Source: an uncultured Chloroflexia bacterium (GTDB taxonomy: Bacteria; Chloroflexota; Anaerolineae; Anaerolineales; Anaerolineaceae). Taken from it: a DNA stretch of 64,000 nucleotides. The notes beneath the pieces were generated by a model. The model was not told where the DNA came from. It saw nothing but the letters and a program-made list of their open reading frames with translations, and searched no databases. The DNA lies in NCBI GenBank assembly GCA_963723145.1, contig CAVRPM010000008.1:83987-147986 (forward strand), read 5' to 3'. Shown here in pieces: positions 52,074-63,247 of this stretch. Numbering within the stretch: the first letter of the stretch is position 1; each line of letters opens with the position of its first letter. Position numbers and translations under genes: made by a program.

Positions 52074-53183
52074 TTATCTGTCGAGAATACCCTCGTTTAC
52101 ATATCTGGTAAGCTCTTCTACATTCAATTCGTTAATCCCTAATTTTTCGACCGTTCGGCCACGCCGGTGATAATCTGTACGATGAATGATGCAAGCCAGC
52201 CGGATAATGCTGTCCATAGCACGAACTGAAATACCATATTGCATTCCAATTGAAGCTATTGGCAGCAGGCTCATTGGAATGTCCTCGAAAATATAACGAT
52301 GCGCAAGTGTTGAAGGCGCTTTTATTCCGTAATATCCACTTTGATTTTGAATAGCATCATAAAGCGTCTCACCTTCTACATCATATGCCATTTTTAACCA
52401 TTCCAAAGCATTTCGAGCGCGTATACCAACAGCAGATGCCACAGTCACTCTCTCGCGGTCAAGCGCTTCAAGGACAATGGCGACTGAAGGGGTGACACCA
52501 TCAATATAGAATTCAAAATCGCCATGTGTGGATTCTATTCGACCGGCATTTAGGATGGTCAAGGCTGGATGAAAGATCGCGCCCATGTTATTAAGCCCGG
52601 TATGCAGTACATTGACACCATCAATGAACTGGGGGTAAACGTCCTGGATTGCCTCCAAAACAATGTTTGTGTGTGTAGCTGGCAGCGCCGCCAAGGGAAC
52701 TGCTTCTTTTATCCGAAAGATGCGTGCCTGCGCGGGACCATCAGATCGGCTTGCGTAAATAAATGTCTCCGCTTCTGCAAGAATATATTTTGCCAGGCAG
52801 CCCTCCCTCCTGGCTACCATATCAAATTCAATTGCACCGCAAGTTCTGCCTGGGTTTAGCAGAATCACCTGCCCATCTTTTAGGTGCGGTGCCATGACTT
52901 TTGCGAGGTCAGCATGGGCTGATGAAGGCACAACCAGCATGATCACTTGTGCATTTTCCAATGCCTCTTTCATGTCTGAAGTCACACACACCAATTGCCC
53001 AAAACCATGGGGACCGTCCGGATAGCTTTCAAGCTCAATGCCGCGACGTTTTTTGACCACCTCAATATGTGATGCTGTTCTGTTGTAAAGGGTTACCTCT
53101 TTACCCATTATGGCCAAGTGTGCAGCCATTGACTTACCGCCGTGACCAGCACCGATTATTGTATATCTTGAAGGTTGAGCCAT
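52074..53183 (-). CDS. NAD/NADP-dependent octopine/nopaline (opine) dehydrogenase family
   Basis: GAGHGG, LNPGRT, ETFIYASR, NMGAIFHP, LDRER, HRYIFEDIPMSL. Confidence 0.9.
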   Translation of the reverse strand: MAQPSRYTIIGAGHGGKSMAAHLAIMGKEVTLYNRTASHIEVVKKRRGIELESYPDGPHGFGQLVCVTSDMKEALENAQVIMLVVPSSAHADLAKVMAPHLKDGQVILLNPGRTCGAIEFDMVARREGCLAKYILAEAETFIYASRSDGPAQARIFRIKEAVPLAALPATHTNIVLEAIQDVYPQFIDGVNVLHTGLNNMGAIFHPALTILNAGRIESTHGDFEFYIDGVTPSVAIVLEALDRERVTVASAVGIRARNALEWLKMAYDVEGETLYDAIQNQSGYYGIKAPSTLAHRYIFEDIPMSLLPIASIGMQYGISVRAMDSIIRLACIIHRTDYHRRGRTVEKLGINELNVEELTRYVNEGILDR

Positions 53184-53194
53184 AATACCTCCTT

Positions 53195-54828
53195 TTAAAT
53201 AAATTGTTTCAGCCTGTCTGCTTCAGAAAGTTTTTTCCCCTGCTTATCAACAGCCTCACAAGCACCATTCATGATGCGTGTGGAAATTTCACCACGCGCG
53301 AACGGATTATTTTTTAAATGGGGTGCATCCAGTATACCTTTCTTTACAGAGTCGGAGAGATTTTCAGGAGAAATCAATGGGTCTCCTTCTGTATTTCTAT
53401 GTAGATTTTGGATCACCATAATTGTCAATCTGGCTTCGTTTACAAGTTCTTCTTTTCGTTTAATAATTATTGGATCTTCCAGCATGGCAGGCTGACCCGC
53501 CAGGGCATTTTCAATGGCGCGCCTGCCTATTCGGCAAGCGTCTATCACATCTTCCGCTGTCGCTGCGTGGTGCGCTTCTGTGTGTCCTACAACATGAACA
53601 ATATGAGGCTTTAGTGCCATTTGAACATAAATGCTGGCTGCTAAATGTGCCCGTGCAGCGTTAGTTTCCAGAGGATAACTGAGTAATCCAGTACGAGTCT
53701 GCCGCCATATATGAAAATTCTCATCCTCCAGCTCTGATATTAGCTCCAACACCGCTGCCATTTTAGCTAGGTCCATTGCGTCTGACGTTCCTGGTGGGCT
53801 GTTAAACATCATCTGGGCAATAAAGTCCTTTACACCAAAAGCCTTTGCATTGTAAGCTGCCAAATATGCTGAAACCACAAAAACCACATCATGTGCGTCT
53901 CGCATTCCCCAATGGTGGGCTTCATTAATTCCACAGGGAGATTGCGCCCCCCATACCAGGCTATTACTGACTGGTGCTCGCGGATGCTGCCTTCTAGATC
54001 CCAGGGTCCGCGTCCATCCATCTGATTGAACCAGAACAAGGGAATGGCAGCCCAGGCATTGTTGATGGTTTCCATATACATATCAGCGAGTCGGATAAAA
54101 TCATCCGTACCGGAATACGTGCGCAGAAGAGGATAGTTTCCTCTGCGGCTCGCTGAAAAAAGGTTTCGGTAGTCCTGCTCAGTTCTAACCGGGACTCCCC
54201 CTGCCCCTGTTCGGCGCGGGTCCTGCCTCTCAGGGTGATAGAAATTTTCTTGCGCATCCTGATCAATACCCAGTGAAACCACATCTAACACTCGGGCATC
54301 AGCAATCATTTCGATGCCTTTAATTGTTGCTTCAATCGTGGGTAAACCAAAGATGTGCCTTAGCAAAGGGTACGGCGCTTTCCAGCGGATTCTGTTAATT
54401 GTTGTTTGCGGAAAATATTTTTCGTCTTTCTGAAGAAATACTTCGCCTTTAAGAAAAGCCAATATTTCCTCATAGGGTTGTTCACCATCAAAAACAGCGT
54501 TGAAAAACCCAAGGTTTTTTACTCTTTCTGCCACAGGCGGTGTTCCACCAAAAGCAAATTGAACACCTTGCGATTTCAGATCATCAGCCTCTTCTGCAAA
54601 CTGTGCCAGCAGGCGTTCTCCATTTTCTGGCGTAAGCCGATATGATACTGCAAGTAAGTCAGCTTTCTCTGTTTTTGCTGTCTGAATTGCCTTTTCAATT
54701 GACACTGCTGGACCCAGGAAGATTGTACGCCAGCCAGCTTGTTCAGCCAGGCGCAAGAAATTTACAACTCCCGCCACATGCACACATTCCCCCAAGGCGC
54801 AGGCAATTACTATCTTTTGTTTGGGCAT
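53195..54828 (-). CDS. cobalamin-binding domain fused to a glutamate-mutase-E-like TIM barrel; frameshift near 53925
   Basis: N-terminal ECVHVAG...VSYRL...FGG B12 domain; barrel continues NEAHHWGMRDAHD...QMMFNSP across the frameshift. Confidence 0.75.
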
Positions 54829-55008
54829 TTGACTTTCCTCTTATCTGGTAATCTTAGAATACCATAATATCACCGGAAAAACCTTGAATTTATTCTTTAG
54901 AAGAGAAATTTGTAAATGGCAGCTTGAATTCAAATTTATATTATTAACCCAATAATTGGGTTGATGATAAGATAAATACCCAAAACAATAAACGAAAGTG
55001 GCTTAATT

Positions 55009-55572
55009 ATGGAAGAAAAACGATTAACCCGGTCAATCGTAATCACCGGTCTTATGGCTGCTATCAGCGTGGTTTTAGGGTGGACACATTGGGGTTTTAT
55101 CCCCTGGTTTGGGGGTGCCGCCCTGACCATCATGCATGTCCCCGCAATTATTGCTGGAATCATTGTCGGTCCAATCTCTGGGGCTGTTGTTGGTCTGGTC
55201 TTTGGACTTTTCAGTATGATTCAAGCCGCTTTGGCACCCACAGGTCCGGCGGATGTTTGGTTTACCAATCCACTCCTTTCAATATTTCCACGCCTTTTTA
55301 TCGGTCCAGTCGCATGGTTGGTTTACAATTCTTTGAAGCGCTCGCCTGTGACAGCTTTATCATTGGCCGGCGCGGCGGGCAGCTTGACCAATACCTGCCT
55401 GGTGCTAGGAATGATCGGATTACTTGGATATTTGCCGTGGCCAGCTTTGGTTGGAATTGGAATTGCCAACGGATTACCAGAAATGGTTGCTTCAGCAATT
55501 ATCACCACAGCTGTTGTCGCCGCATACTGGAACCTACCTCTGGGTAAACGGAAGGGAGCAAATCTGGAATAA
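55009..55572 (+). CDS. ECF transporter S component, PanT (pantothenate)-like
   Basis: GFIP...TIMHVPAII, GLVFGLFS, FTNPLLSIFPR, TNT, NGLPE. Confidence 0.75.
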   Translation: MEEKRLTRSIVITGLMAAISVVLGWTHWGFIPWFGGAALTIMHVPAIIAGIIVGPISGAVVGLVFGLFSMIQAALAPTGPADVWFTNPLLSIFPRLFIGPVAWLVYNSLKRSPVTALSLAGAAGSLTNTCLVLGMIGLLGYLPWPALVGIGIANGLPEMVASAIITTAVVAAYWNLPLGKRKGANLE

Positions 55573-55577
55573 TCTAT

Positions 55578-55602
55578 AAACCGGCTTATAACCGGTTTTT
55601 TT
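55578..55602 (+). terminator. intrinsic terminator after the S-component gene
   Basis: AAACCGG/CCGGTTT stem plus T run. Confidence 0.65.
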
Positions 55603-55604
55603 AT

Positions 55605-56425
55605 TCAATTGAAATTAATAGTATTGAAATCGAAACTAGTAAAAATAAAAATACACAGTCCCCGACAGAGAATTGATATTCAATCATACTGGTTCGATTT
55701 ATTTTTCCCGCAAAACCTCGAGCAAGCATTGCATCAGCCAAAGTCTCCGCCTGTCTTAAGCTATTGTTAAATAATGGAATTATTAAGGAAAAATTTGCCG
55801 GATACGTCTAAAGAGGTTGCCTTTTCTTTCTCCCCACTCAGCTCCACGCGAAGCTTGCGATTTGGCAATTTTCTCCGCGTTGATCGCCAGGAATGGGATA
55901 AATCGCATTGTTATCTGAACCGCCATCGTCGCTGGTCCAATATGCACGCCAAGGTATTCTTAAAGGTTTGAGCAGCAAATCAAGTCCATGAATCATCTCT
56001 AAGGTAGCAAGGGTTGCGCTGGATACGGTTAACAGGATAACCAGAATGCCAAACCTCAATAGCAAACGGATTCCGGCAATTATTCCTTCAGAATATATTT
56101 CAGCTCCCATTATTCTTATTATCGGAAATGATAGGAGAGAATGTGGTGTGATGAAAAGCTGTATGATTGCCAGGAGGAGTAGAAATGGCAGCGGCGCTAA
56201 GAGGCCGCTCAAAGCGTATCTCCAAGGGATTTTACTTAGCATCAGAAGAAGTAAAACAGTTATTAGGCCAATTAAAAGCCCATATAAACTCTGAGTTACG
56301 GTTAACGCGATTATCAGAATTGAATATCCAGCAATCTTAGCTCGTGGATCTAGATTGTGTATCCAAGAATCTATTGGTAAGTATTGGCCAATTGTGACCT
56401 TTTGCAGGTATTCAAAACTGCTCAT
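55605..56425 (-). CDS. ecfT: ECF transporter T component, two frameshifts (~55950 and ~55785)
   Basis: GQYLP..S.IH.LDPRAK; RFIP, SQASRG, AMLARG in other frames. Confidence 0.85.
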
Positions 56426-58162
56426 CGTTCTTCCCTAGATACTATTAATGAGATGGAAATTTCCAATTCTTTCAAGGAGATTATTTCGCTTGACAATGGC
56501 CATTTCAAGTCACATAAACGCTTGACGATGTGTGAAACAAGCGGGGCTTTTATTCCCGAGGATTGAAGATTCTTTTCATCCAAGAAAACTTTACCCGGGC
56601 TGCCATTAATCAGGTTTCGTCCATTCGCCAAAACGCTGATACTATCCATCAGGTCCACCGCTCCTTCGAATTGATGTGTGGAAATCACCAGTGTAATTCC
56701 TTCATTCTTTAATGATGCAAGATGGCTAATAATTTCATTTCTTGAAACCGGATCTAAACCTGCCAGAGGTTCATCAAGCAGCAATATCTGCGGTTGGGCA
56801 GCAAGTACTGACGCCAGGGCAACCTTTCGCCTTTCTCCTCCGCTCAGTGAGGGTATCAACCGGTCTTTAAATGCCTCAAAATCCAACCCAACTGCCTGCA
56901 TGGCTGACTTCACAATATCCGCAATCTTTCCTGGTATGGAAAAGTTCCTTACCGCAAATGCGATTTCATCTCCAACAAACTGCTCAAAAACTTGGTCCTC
57001 AGGTTGTTGAAAAGCCAATCCCACTGAACGGCGGAGTAACCTGACATCCAATTGAGGATCATTTAGCGAATGGCCAAGAACATTGACTGTCCCAGATTGA
57101 GGCAGGATTATTCCGTTTAAGTGCTGGAGAAGGGTGGATTTACCCGAACCTGTAGCGCCAATCAAACCATGCGCGGACCCATCCGAAACTGTTAGGTCGC
57201 AATTTAGCAGCGATTGATGTGACAGAGGTGTATCGTGCATATAAATATGAGATAGATTCTTGACTTCAACGCAGGATTGCCTGTCATTTTCCTGCAATAT
57301 TTTATATTTAGCAGTGATTTCTTTGCCTAAATAGAGCGGCAATGAATTAAGCAATTCATTTTCAAATAATATGTCTTTTGGGACGGAAGGAAAATATTTT
57401 CTAAGGGAATCAGCCGCCAAAGCAGCTTGCGGCAGGTCTAAGCCGTAAGCTCTTATTTTGGATGATGAAGAAAAAATCTCCCTTGGAGGCCCATCCATTA
57501 CCAGAGAGCCCTGGTTAAGCACAAGAATTCGGTCAGTTTCTATCGCTTCATCCATCATATGTGTAATGAAAATAATTGTGATGCCTTCATTATTGAGGGT
57601 TTTCGCCTGCTGTATGACCATTTCTCTTCCGGACGGATCCAGCATGGCTGTGGTCTCGTCAAAGATTACACACTCAGGCCGCATAGCGAGCACACCAGCT
57701 AACGCCACCCTTTGAGTCTCTCCTGCGGAAAGCAGGTATGGGGGACGCTCATTGAAGGATGACAGACCAGTAAGTTCAAGAGCTTTATTCACACGAAATC
57801 GAATATCTTTTGGCTGCAGTCCCAGGTTACCAGGTCCAAAAGCCACGTCCTCAGCGACAGTGGTTGCCACAATCTGATCTTGAGGGCGTTGAAAAACCAT
57901 CCCTACTTTTCTGCGGATGGTTGGATGGTTAACCTCGTCGCGAGTATTTAAATTATCAATAAATACATTACCCGTATCAGGGATCAATAGAGCATTAAGG
58001 AGCTTTCCGAAAGTACTTTTCCCCGAGCCATTTTGACCAATAAGCGCAACAAATTCACCCTTTTTGATTATGAGGTTGAGGTTTCTTGAAGACGTGAGGG
58101 TTGAAAGATTGGTTTTTAGAATATGAAAAAGATACATTATCAAATTGGATAAAGCTTTTCAC
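56422..58162 (-). CDS. fused ECF ATPase (EcfA-EcfA'), N-terminal frameshift near 58090
   Basis: two Walker A motifs (GQNGSGKST, GATGSGKST); FQRPQDQ/FQQPEDQ; LSAGE/LSGGE. Confidence 0.9.
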
Positions 58163-58471
58163 ATAATGATTTTAATCAGGAAACATGCTTCCGGAAAATT
58201 TAATTTAATAATTTTCAGATGAATAAGGTGAGATTAAGACTCCCAAGCCATAAAGATAAATTTAATATACAATGCATATAAGTCTCCCTGTCTTGATAAC
58301 CAACGACACCCTAAATAAATTGGCGCGTATCTTGCTTATTTCATTCATGCAAACCAGTGATGATGAAAGTAGTATTTCTGATTATTTCATAAATCCTGCT
58401 TCCTTTATCTTTAAGTAGAAAATAGAATTCGCAGCATACATTTATTAAAATATCTGGATTAAAAAGAATCT

Positions 58472-60568
58472 TTATTTTCGTATAAGGCGTGCAGAATTGG
58501 CGAGGATTCCTACATCCGGAAGAGATTGCATAACTGCTGCCAAAGCTGGCGAAAGGAAACCAAATGCCGCCAGCGATATACCTGCCAGGTTGTAAAAGGC
58601 AGTGAAAAGAATGTTGGATTTCACTACCCGCATGGTGCGGCGTGCTATTTCAAATATACGCGGCACCAGCAACCAATCTTCACGAAGTAATGCTATATGG
58701 GCAGCTTCTATAGCGATATCGCTGCCAGTCGCACCCATTGCAATTCCAACGTCTGCTTGAGCTAACGCAGGGGCGTTGTTAATGCCATCCCCAATCATAG
58801 CTACATGTTTCCCTTCTGACTGTGCCATTCGAAGCATTGCAATTTTTTCTTCTGGCAATAACTTGGCGCGATATTCTATTCCCAATTCATCAGCTAAATA
58901 CTTTACCGGTGCCTGTTTATCGCCGCTTATCAAAATAATCTGATGTATTCCCATCCTTCGGATAGCATCGAGTGCAACTTTTACATCTTTTCTCGGTGTA
59001 TCCGCTGCAGCCATTATTCCAGCCAGTTTTTTATCAATGATAATGAAAAAAGTGGTTTTCCCTTGTGAAGCAAACCTCTCAATGAAATCAGCGGCCACTG
59101 CATCTTTGGTTTTCAAGGTGTTCAGGATTTCGACTTGGTGCTTCCCAACAATTCCCATTACTCCCTTGCCAGGAATATTCAAAAAGTCCTTTACTTTGAG
59201 AGGCTCAATACCGCGATTTTTTGCATTTTGGCGAACTGCTTCCCCTAAAGGATGCTCGGAGTATTGTTCAACCGAAACAACCAGCGTCAGCAGATCCTCC
59301 ACTTTGAATTCACCAAAGGGTTCAATATCAGTTATCGTAGGATTTCCAGTTGTCAAGGTGCCGGTCTTATCCACAAAAAGCGTATCAACTTTAACCAGCG
59401 CTTCCAGGTACTTTCCACCCTTTATTAATATCCCCTGTTTGGCGGCTGAACCAATGGAAGACAGCATTGCTATGGGTGTAGCTAGTGCAAAGGAGCAAGA
59501 GCATGCAACCACTAGTGTGGCTGCTGCGGCCATTGGGTCATGCCTTAAGACCAATGTCAAAAGCGCTATTGCTGCTACAACTGGAATAAAATAACCGGCA
59601 AATTTATCAGCCACACGCTGCACATCCGCCCGGTTTCCTTCTGCTTCTTCAACCAACCTGATTACCTTGCCAAAAGTTGTATCCTCGCCAATAGCTGTTG
59701 TTTCTAACTTCAACATGCCAGTTTTAAGGATGGAAGCAGCAAAAATGATATCGCCTGGAAATGCATCAATGGGCATCCCTTCTCCGCTGATCGCCGATTG
59801 ATCCACTGCTGCAGCTCCATCTATCACCACCCCATCAACTGGTACAGACTCGCCTGGACGGATTACGACGATGTCACCAAGCTTAACTTGGTTTGTTGGA
59901 ATGATAAATTCTTCGCTGTTTTTTATTACCCTTGCCGTTTGTGGATTGAGCATGGTCAAGTCTTTGACTGCACTACGGGCTTTGTCAGTAGTGAATCCTT
60001 CAACAAATTCTCCCACCCGCATAAAGAGTACAACAACGGCTGCTGTTGGCCATTCTTCAACAAGAATTGCAGCGATGACACCCAAGGTCATCAAGGTGTG
60101 TGAAATCACCTGGCCTTTTAATGCTGATCGCCAGACATTCTTGAAAATCGGCCAGCCGCCAATCAAAATTAATCCAAGCCAAACATACCAGGGGATTAAA
60201 ACAGACAGGCGCTCAAAGAATCCCAGCCCTTCTCCTACGATAGCTACAAACAGGACTATTCCAGAGACTACACCCATGGTAATCATTAATCGCCTGGACA
60301 GTGAATTTATTGAATCATTGCTATGATCAACCAATTGATGGTTTTTTTCGTAAACTGCTTCATAGCCTGCCTTCTTTATTGCTTGGTTAATTAATAACGA
60401 ATCGGGAACTGAATTCTGATAAGCGATCTTGGCTTTTTCTGCACCTAAAAATACCTGAACATCATAAACTCCGGGCACAGAACGGATAGCATGGTCAACA
60501 TGCGCCACACACTCGGAACAATCCATTCCTTTTATCTGGATTTCAATTACTTTTATATCTGTATCCAT
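58472..60568 (-). CDS. heavy-metal P1B-type ATPase
   Basis: HMA GMDCSEC, TM CSC, DKTGTLT, SEHP, GDGINNAP. Confidence 0.92.
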   Translation of the reverse strand: MDTDIKVIEIQIKGMDCSECVAHVDHAIRSVPGVYDVQVFLGAEKAKIAYQNSVPDSLLINQAIKKAGYEAVYEKNHQLVDHSNDSINSLSRRLMITMGVVSGIVLFVAIVGEGLGFFERLSVLIPWYVWLGLILIGGWPIFKNVWRSALKGQVISHTLMTLGVIAAILVEEWPTAAVVVLFMRVGEFVEGFTTDKARSAVKDLTMLNPQTARVIKNSEEFIIPTNQVKLGDIVVIRPGESVPVDGVVIDGAAAVDQSAISGEGMPIDAFPGDIIFAASILKTGMLKLETTAIGEDTTFGKVIRLVEEAEGNRADVQRVADKFAGYFIPVVAAIALLTLVLRHDPMAAAATLVVACSCSFALATPIAMLSSIGSAAKQGILIKGGKYLEALVKVDTLFVDKTGTLTTGNPTITDIEPFGEFKVEDLLTLVVSVEQYSEHPLGEAVRQNAKNRGIEPLKVKDFLNIPGKGVMGIVGKHQVEILNTLKTKDAVAADFIERFASQGKTTFFIIIDKKLAGIMAAADTPRKDVKVALDAIRRMGIHQIILISGDKQAPVKYLADELGIEYRAKLLPEEKIAMLRMAQSEGKHVAMIGDGINNAPALAQADVGIAMGATGSDIAIEAAHIALLREDWLLVPRIFEIARRTMRVVKSNILFTAFYNLAGISLAAFGFLSPALAAVMQSLPDVGILANSARLIRK

Positions 60569-60679
60569 GCAGCTTATTATAGGGCTGCTTCCTCAAGGTA
60601 TGTATTTAAGTTTCCTTAGATTTTCATAAGTTGAAATATCCTTACCAAAAATGATTATGGTCACTGTTTCACCTTATTT

Positions 60680-61117
60680 CACATAAGGAAGATTAAATTC
60701 ATCAAGCCATGAATGGATTTATTCCTTTATTTGATCGCGTATTTCCCGAAATTTCTCCATTCTCGCTGTATCGCTGTCCTGAAATGCGGCCGGGTCATTA
60801 AAAGGCCAGAGTAAACGTTTCCCCATTCCGGGAAAAAATGGACATTTCTCTTCAGCATTACCGCAGACAGTAATCAGAAAGTCGAACCTAGTGTTCCCCA
60901 GATACGTGGATAAGGGTTTTGCATAAAGCCTGCTTGTATCATATCCAGATTCATTCAGTACTTTCAGCGTAAAAGGATTTATTTCTTTCGGTTCCAATCC
61001 AGCACTGAAAACCTCAAAATATTCACCTGCGTATTTTCTCATAATAGCTTCAGCCATTTGACTTCGAGCAGAATTTCCCGTGTATAAAAAAAAATCACTC
61101 GTGTTTTTTCCATACAT
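60680..61117 (-). pseudogene. arsC: arsenate reductase (LMW-PTP type), apparently inactivated
   Basis: LYTGNSARSQMAE (catalytic Cys is Tyr), SAG, ITVC...CP, W.F.DP; in-frame TAA before IHSWLDE; probable frameshift in N-terminal T run. Confidence 0.75.
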
Positions 61118-61247
61118 ATATCTTATTCTGATTCTAATTAAAAGGTTTAAATAATGGATTAACGGTTTGTTAAATAATTCAACAATAATTCTGGTGAAGC
61201 AAAAATAAAATTATTTTTTAGGATTTGGGTAAACCCTTTTAATAAAG

Positions 61248-61281
61248 AAAAACCGGCGTTCTGTTTAGTTCGCCGGTTTTT
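61248..61281 (-). terminator. intrinsic (possibly bidirectional) terminator after the liv operon
   Basis: AAAAACCGGCG/CGCCGGTTTTT. Confidence 0.75.
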
Positions 61282-61296
61282 GTAAATAATGTATAT

Positions 61297-61653
61297 TTAT
61301 TGTCGAACCATGGTTTTCCTGACATCAACCTTATCTAACCTGAGCATCAGGAAGAAAGAAATTGCCATTCCGACGAGAGTAAATATCACGAAATTGGGCT
61401 GAAATTCTCCTTGATCTGACACAGCGTTGGAAAGAACCATCAAAAGCCGCATGATTACATTCATGCCATTCAGAAATATCGCAAAAGTAAGGGCGGTTTC
61501 ATAACCTTTTATCAACATTATTCCAACAAACACAAAAAACGCTATAACAATCGCAATTAAGATGGGAGTTTTAATAAGGGTTGACAGGTCATAAAAAAGT
61601 ACCCCAAAAATAGGCAGGACGAAAAATAAGAATATTTTTTTTACCATGCTCAT
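61297..61653 (-). CDS. hypothetical four-TM membrane protein
   Basis: hydrophobic helices; AGGAGA RBS; follows livF. Confidence 0.7.
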   Translation of the reverse strand: MSMVKKIFLFFVLPIFGVLFYDLSTLIKTPILIAIVIAFFVFVGIMLIKGYETALTFAIFLNGMNVIMRLLMVLSNAVSDQGEFQPNFVIFTLVGMAISFFLMLRLDKVDVRKTMVRQ

Positions 61654-61671
61654 AATAATCTCTCCTTTATC

Positions 61672-62379
61672 CTATCCGCCTAAATATGCTACAGCAACCA
61701 TGGGATTCTCCATTACTTCTTTCGCATCGCCTTGCAAAACTACTGACCCAGTTTCCAGCACGTATGCACGGTCAGCAATGGATAATGCCATTTTGGCGTT
61801 CTGCTCGACCAGCAGGATACTGACACCCTGCTTATTTATTTCCCGGATTATCTCAAATATCTGTTCAACCAGGATTGGTGCAAGGCCCATAGAAGGTTCA
61901 TCCAACAGCAGCAGTTTGGGATGAGACATCAGGCTGCGCGCTATCGCCAGCATTTGTTGTTCTCCGCCCGATAAAGTACCTCCTAATTGGCTGCGCCGCT
62001 CTTTTAGGCGGGGAAATCGTTCAAAAACATCACGCATGTCACTATCGATCTTGCCTTTATCTCTCTCTAGGAATGCGCCCATTTCCAGATTCTCAGTTAC
62101 AGTCAGCGGCGCAAAAATTTTGCGGCCTTCGGGAGTGTGAATTATTCCGAGTTTGACGATATCCTCTGCAGCAGTCTGAGTGATATCCTGTCCCAGGAAT
62201 TCTATGCAGCCTTCAGTAGCTCTTAGAAGGCCGGAAATTGTCTTCAATGAAGTACTCTTGCCGGCGCCATTGGCTCCAATCAGTGTGACAATCTCGCCTT
62301 CATTCACATGAAAGCTGACATCCGTCAAGGCATGGATAGCGCCATAAAAAACATTGATTTTTTCAACTTCAAACATCAT
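61672..62379 (-). CDS. livF: branched-chain amino acid ABC ATPase
   Basis: GANGAGKST, PEGRKIF, LSGGEQQML, DEPSMGLAP, VEQNA. Confidence 0.93.
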   Translation of the reverse strand: MMFEVEKINVFYGAIHALTDVSFHVNEGEIVTLIGANGAGKSTSLKTISGLLRATEGCIEFLGQDITQTAAEDIVKLGIIHTPEGRKIFAPLTVTENLEMGAFLERDKGKIDSDMRDVFERFPRLKERRSQLGGTLSGGEQQMLAIARSLMSHPKLLLLDEPSMGLAPILVEQIFEIIREINKQGVSILLVEQNAKMALSIADRAYVLETGSVVLQGDAKEVMENPMVAVAYLGG

Positions 62380-63205
62380 TGCTTCCGCTCCTTGAGGAAT
62401 TTCTTGGTCAACTCTGCTGCGCCAAGTCCAAGGTAAGCTTCAACCACTTTCGGATTTCCCTGGACCTCCTGGGCTGTACCGCGGGCAATTACCTCACCAA
62501 ATCCATGACAGTGATATGTTCACATATACCCATGACCACTCTCATCTGATGTTCGATCAGCAGCACAGTCAGGTTAAATTTATCCCGGATGAAATGGATT
62601 AATTCCATCAGTGTTGCAACTTCTTTTGGGTTCATCCCCGCTGCAGGTTCATCCAGCAGCAGAATTTTTGGATTTGACGCCAGTGCGCGGGCTATCTCCA
62701 GCCGGCGCTGTTCGCCATATGGCAGGTTTTTCGCGATCTCACCCTGGTGTTTTTGAAGGTTGAATACCGTCAGAAACTCCTGCGCCTTTTCAGTTAATTC
62801 GTTTTCTTTTTTCTCGTAATGTTTATTCCGCAAAATCGCATCCGCCATTCCATAACCGGCATGCGGATGATAAGCGATGCGCACATTATCCAGAACAGTC
62901 AAATTTGGGAACAGCCGGATATTCTGAAAAGTACGGGCGATGCCCATCTGGTTGATCACAAAAGGAGCAAGTCCGCCGATATCCTGTCCGTCAAAGATGA
63001 CCTGCCCATCAGTGGGTTCATAGATACCTGTGATGACATTAAAAATGGTGGTCTTTCCTGAACCGTTCGGACCGATCATGCCGTTAAGTGCATGCTCATG
63101 CAGGACCAGATCTACTTTGTGGACAGCTTTCAGACCGCCAAAGTGACGGCAGAGCTGTTTAAGCTCAAGAAGAGGTTTTCCGTTATTAGATGATACAGCA
63201 GCCAT
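62376..63205 (-). CDS. livG: branched-chain amino acid ABC ATPase, C-terminal frameshift near 62495
   Basis: FGGL, GPNGSGKTT, ARTFQNIRLF, LPYGEQRRLEIA, DEPAAGMN; VVEAYLG in another frame. Confidence 0.92.
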
Positions 63206-63247
63206 TTATGCGACCTCCTCGGGTGATGTTGTTTTCGATTCCTCATC

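Noticed and set aside
52074-53183. Staphylopine/pseudopaline-type metallophore synthesis (CntM)
   Set aside because: No nicotianamine-synthase-like CntL, racemase or exporter; the partner is a B12 protein
53195-54828. Two separate genes, or methionine synthase / B12 radical SAM
   Set aside because: Reading continues across one indel; no CxxxCxxC motif and no pterin- or homocysteine-binding domain
54830-55008. Cobalamin or other riboswitch between the B12 gene and the S component
   Set aside because: Short and AT-rich; no B12-box or convincing structure visible by eye (an Rfam scan would be decisive)
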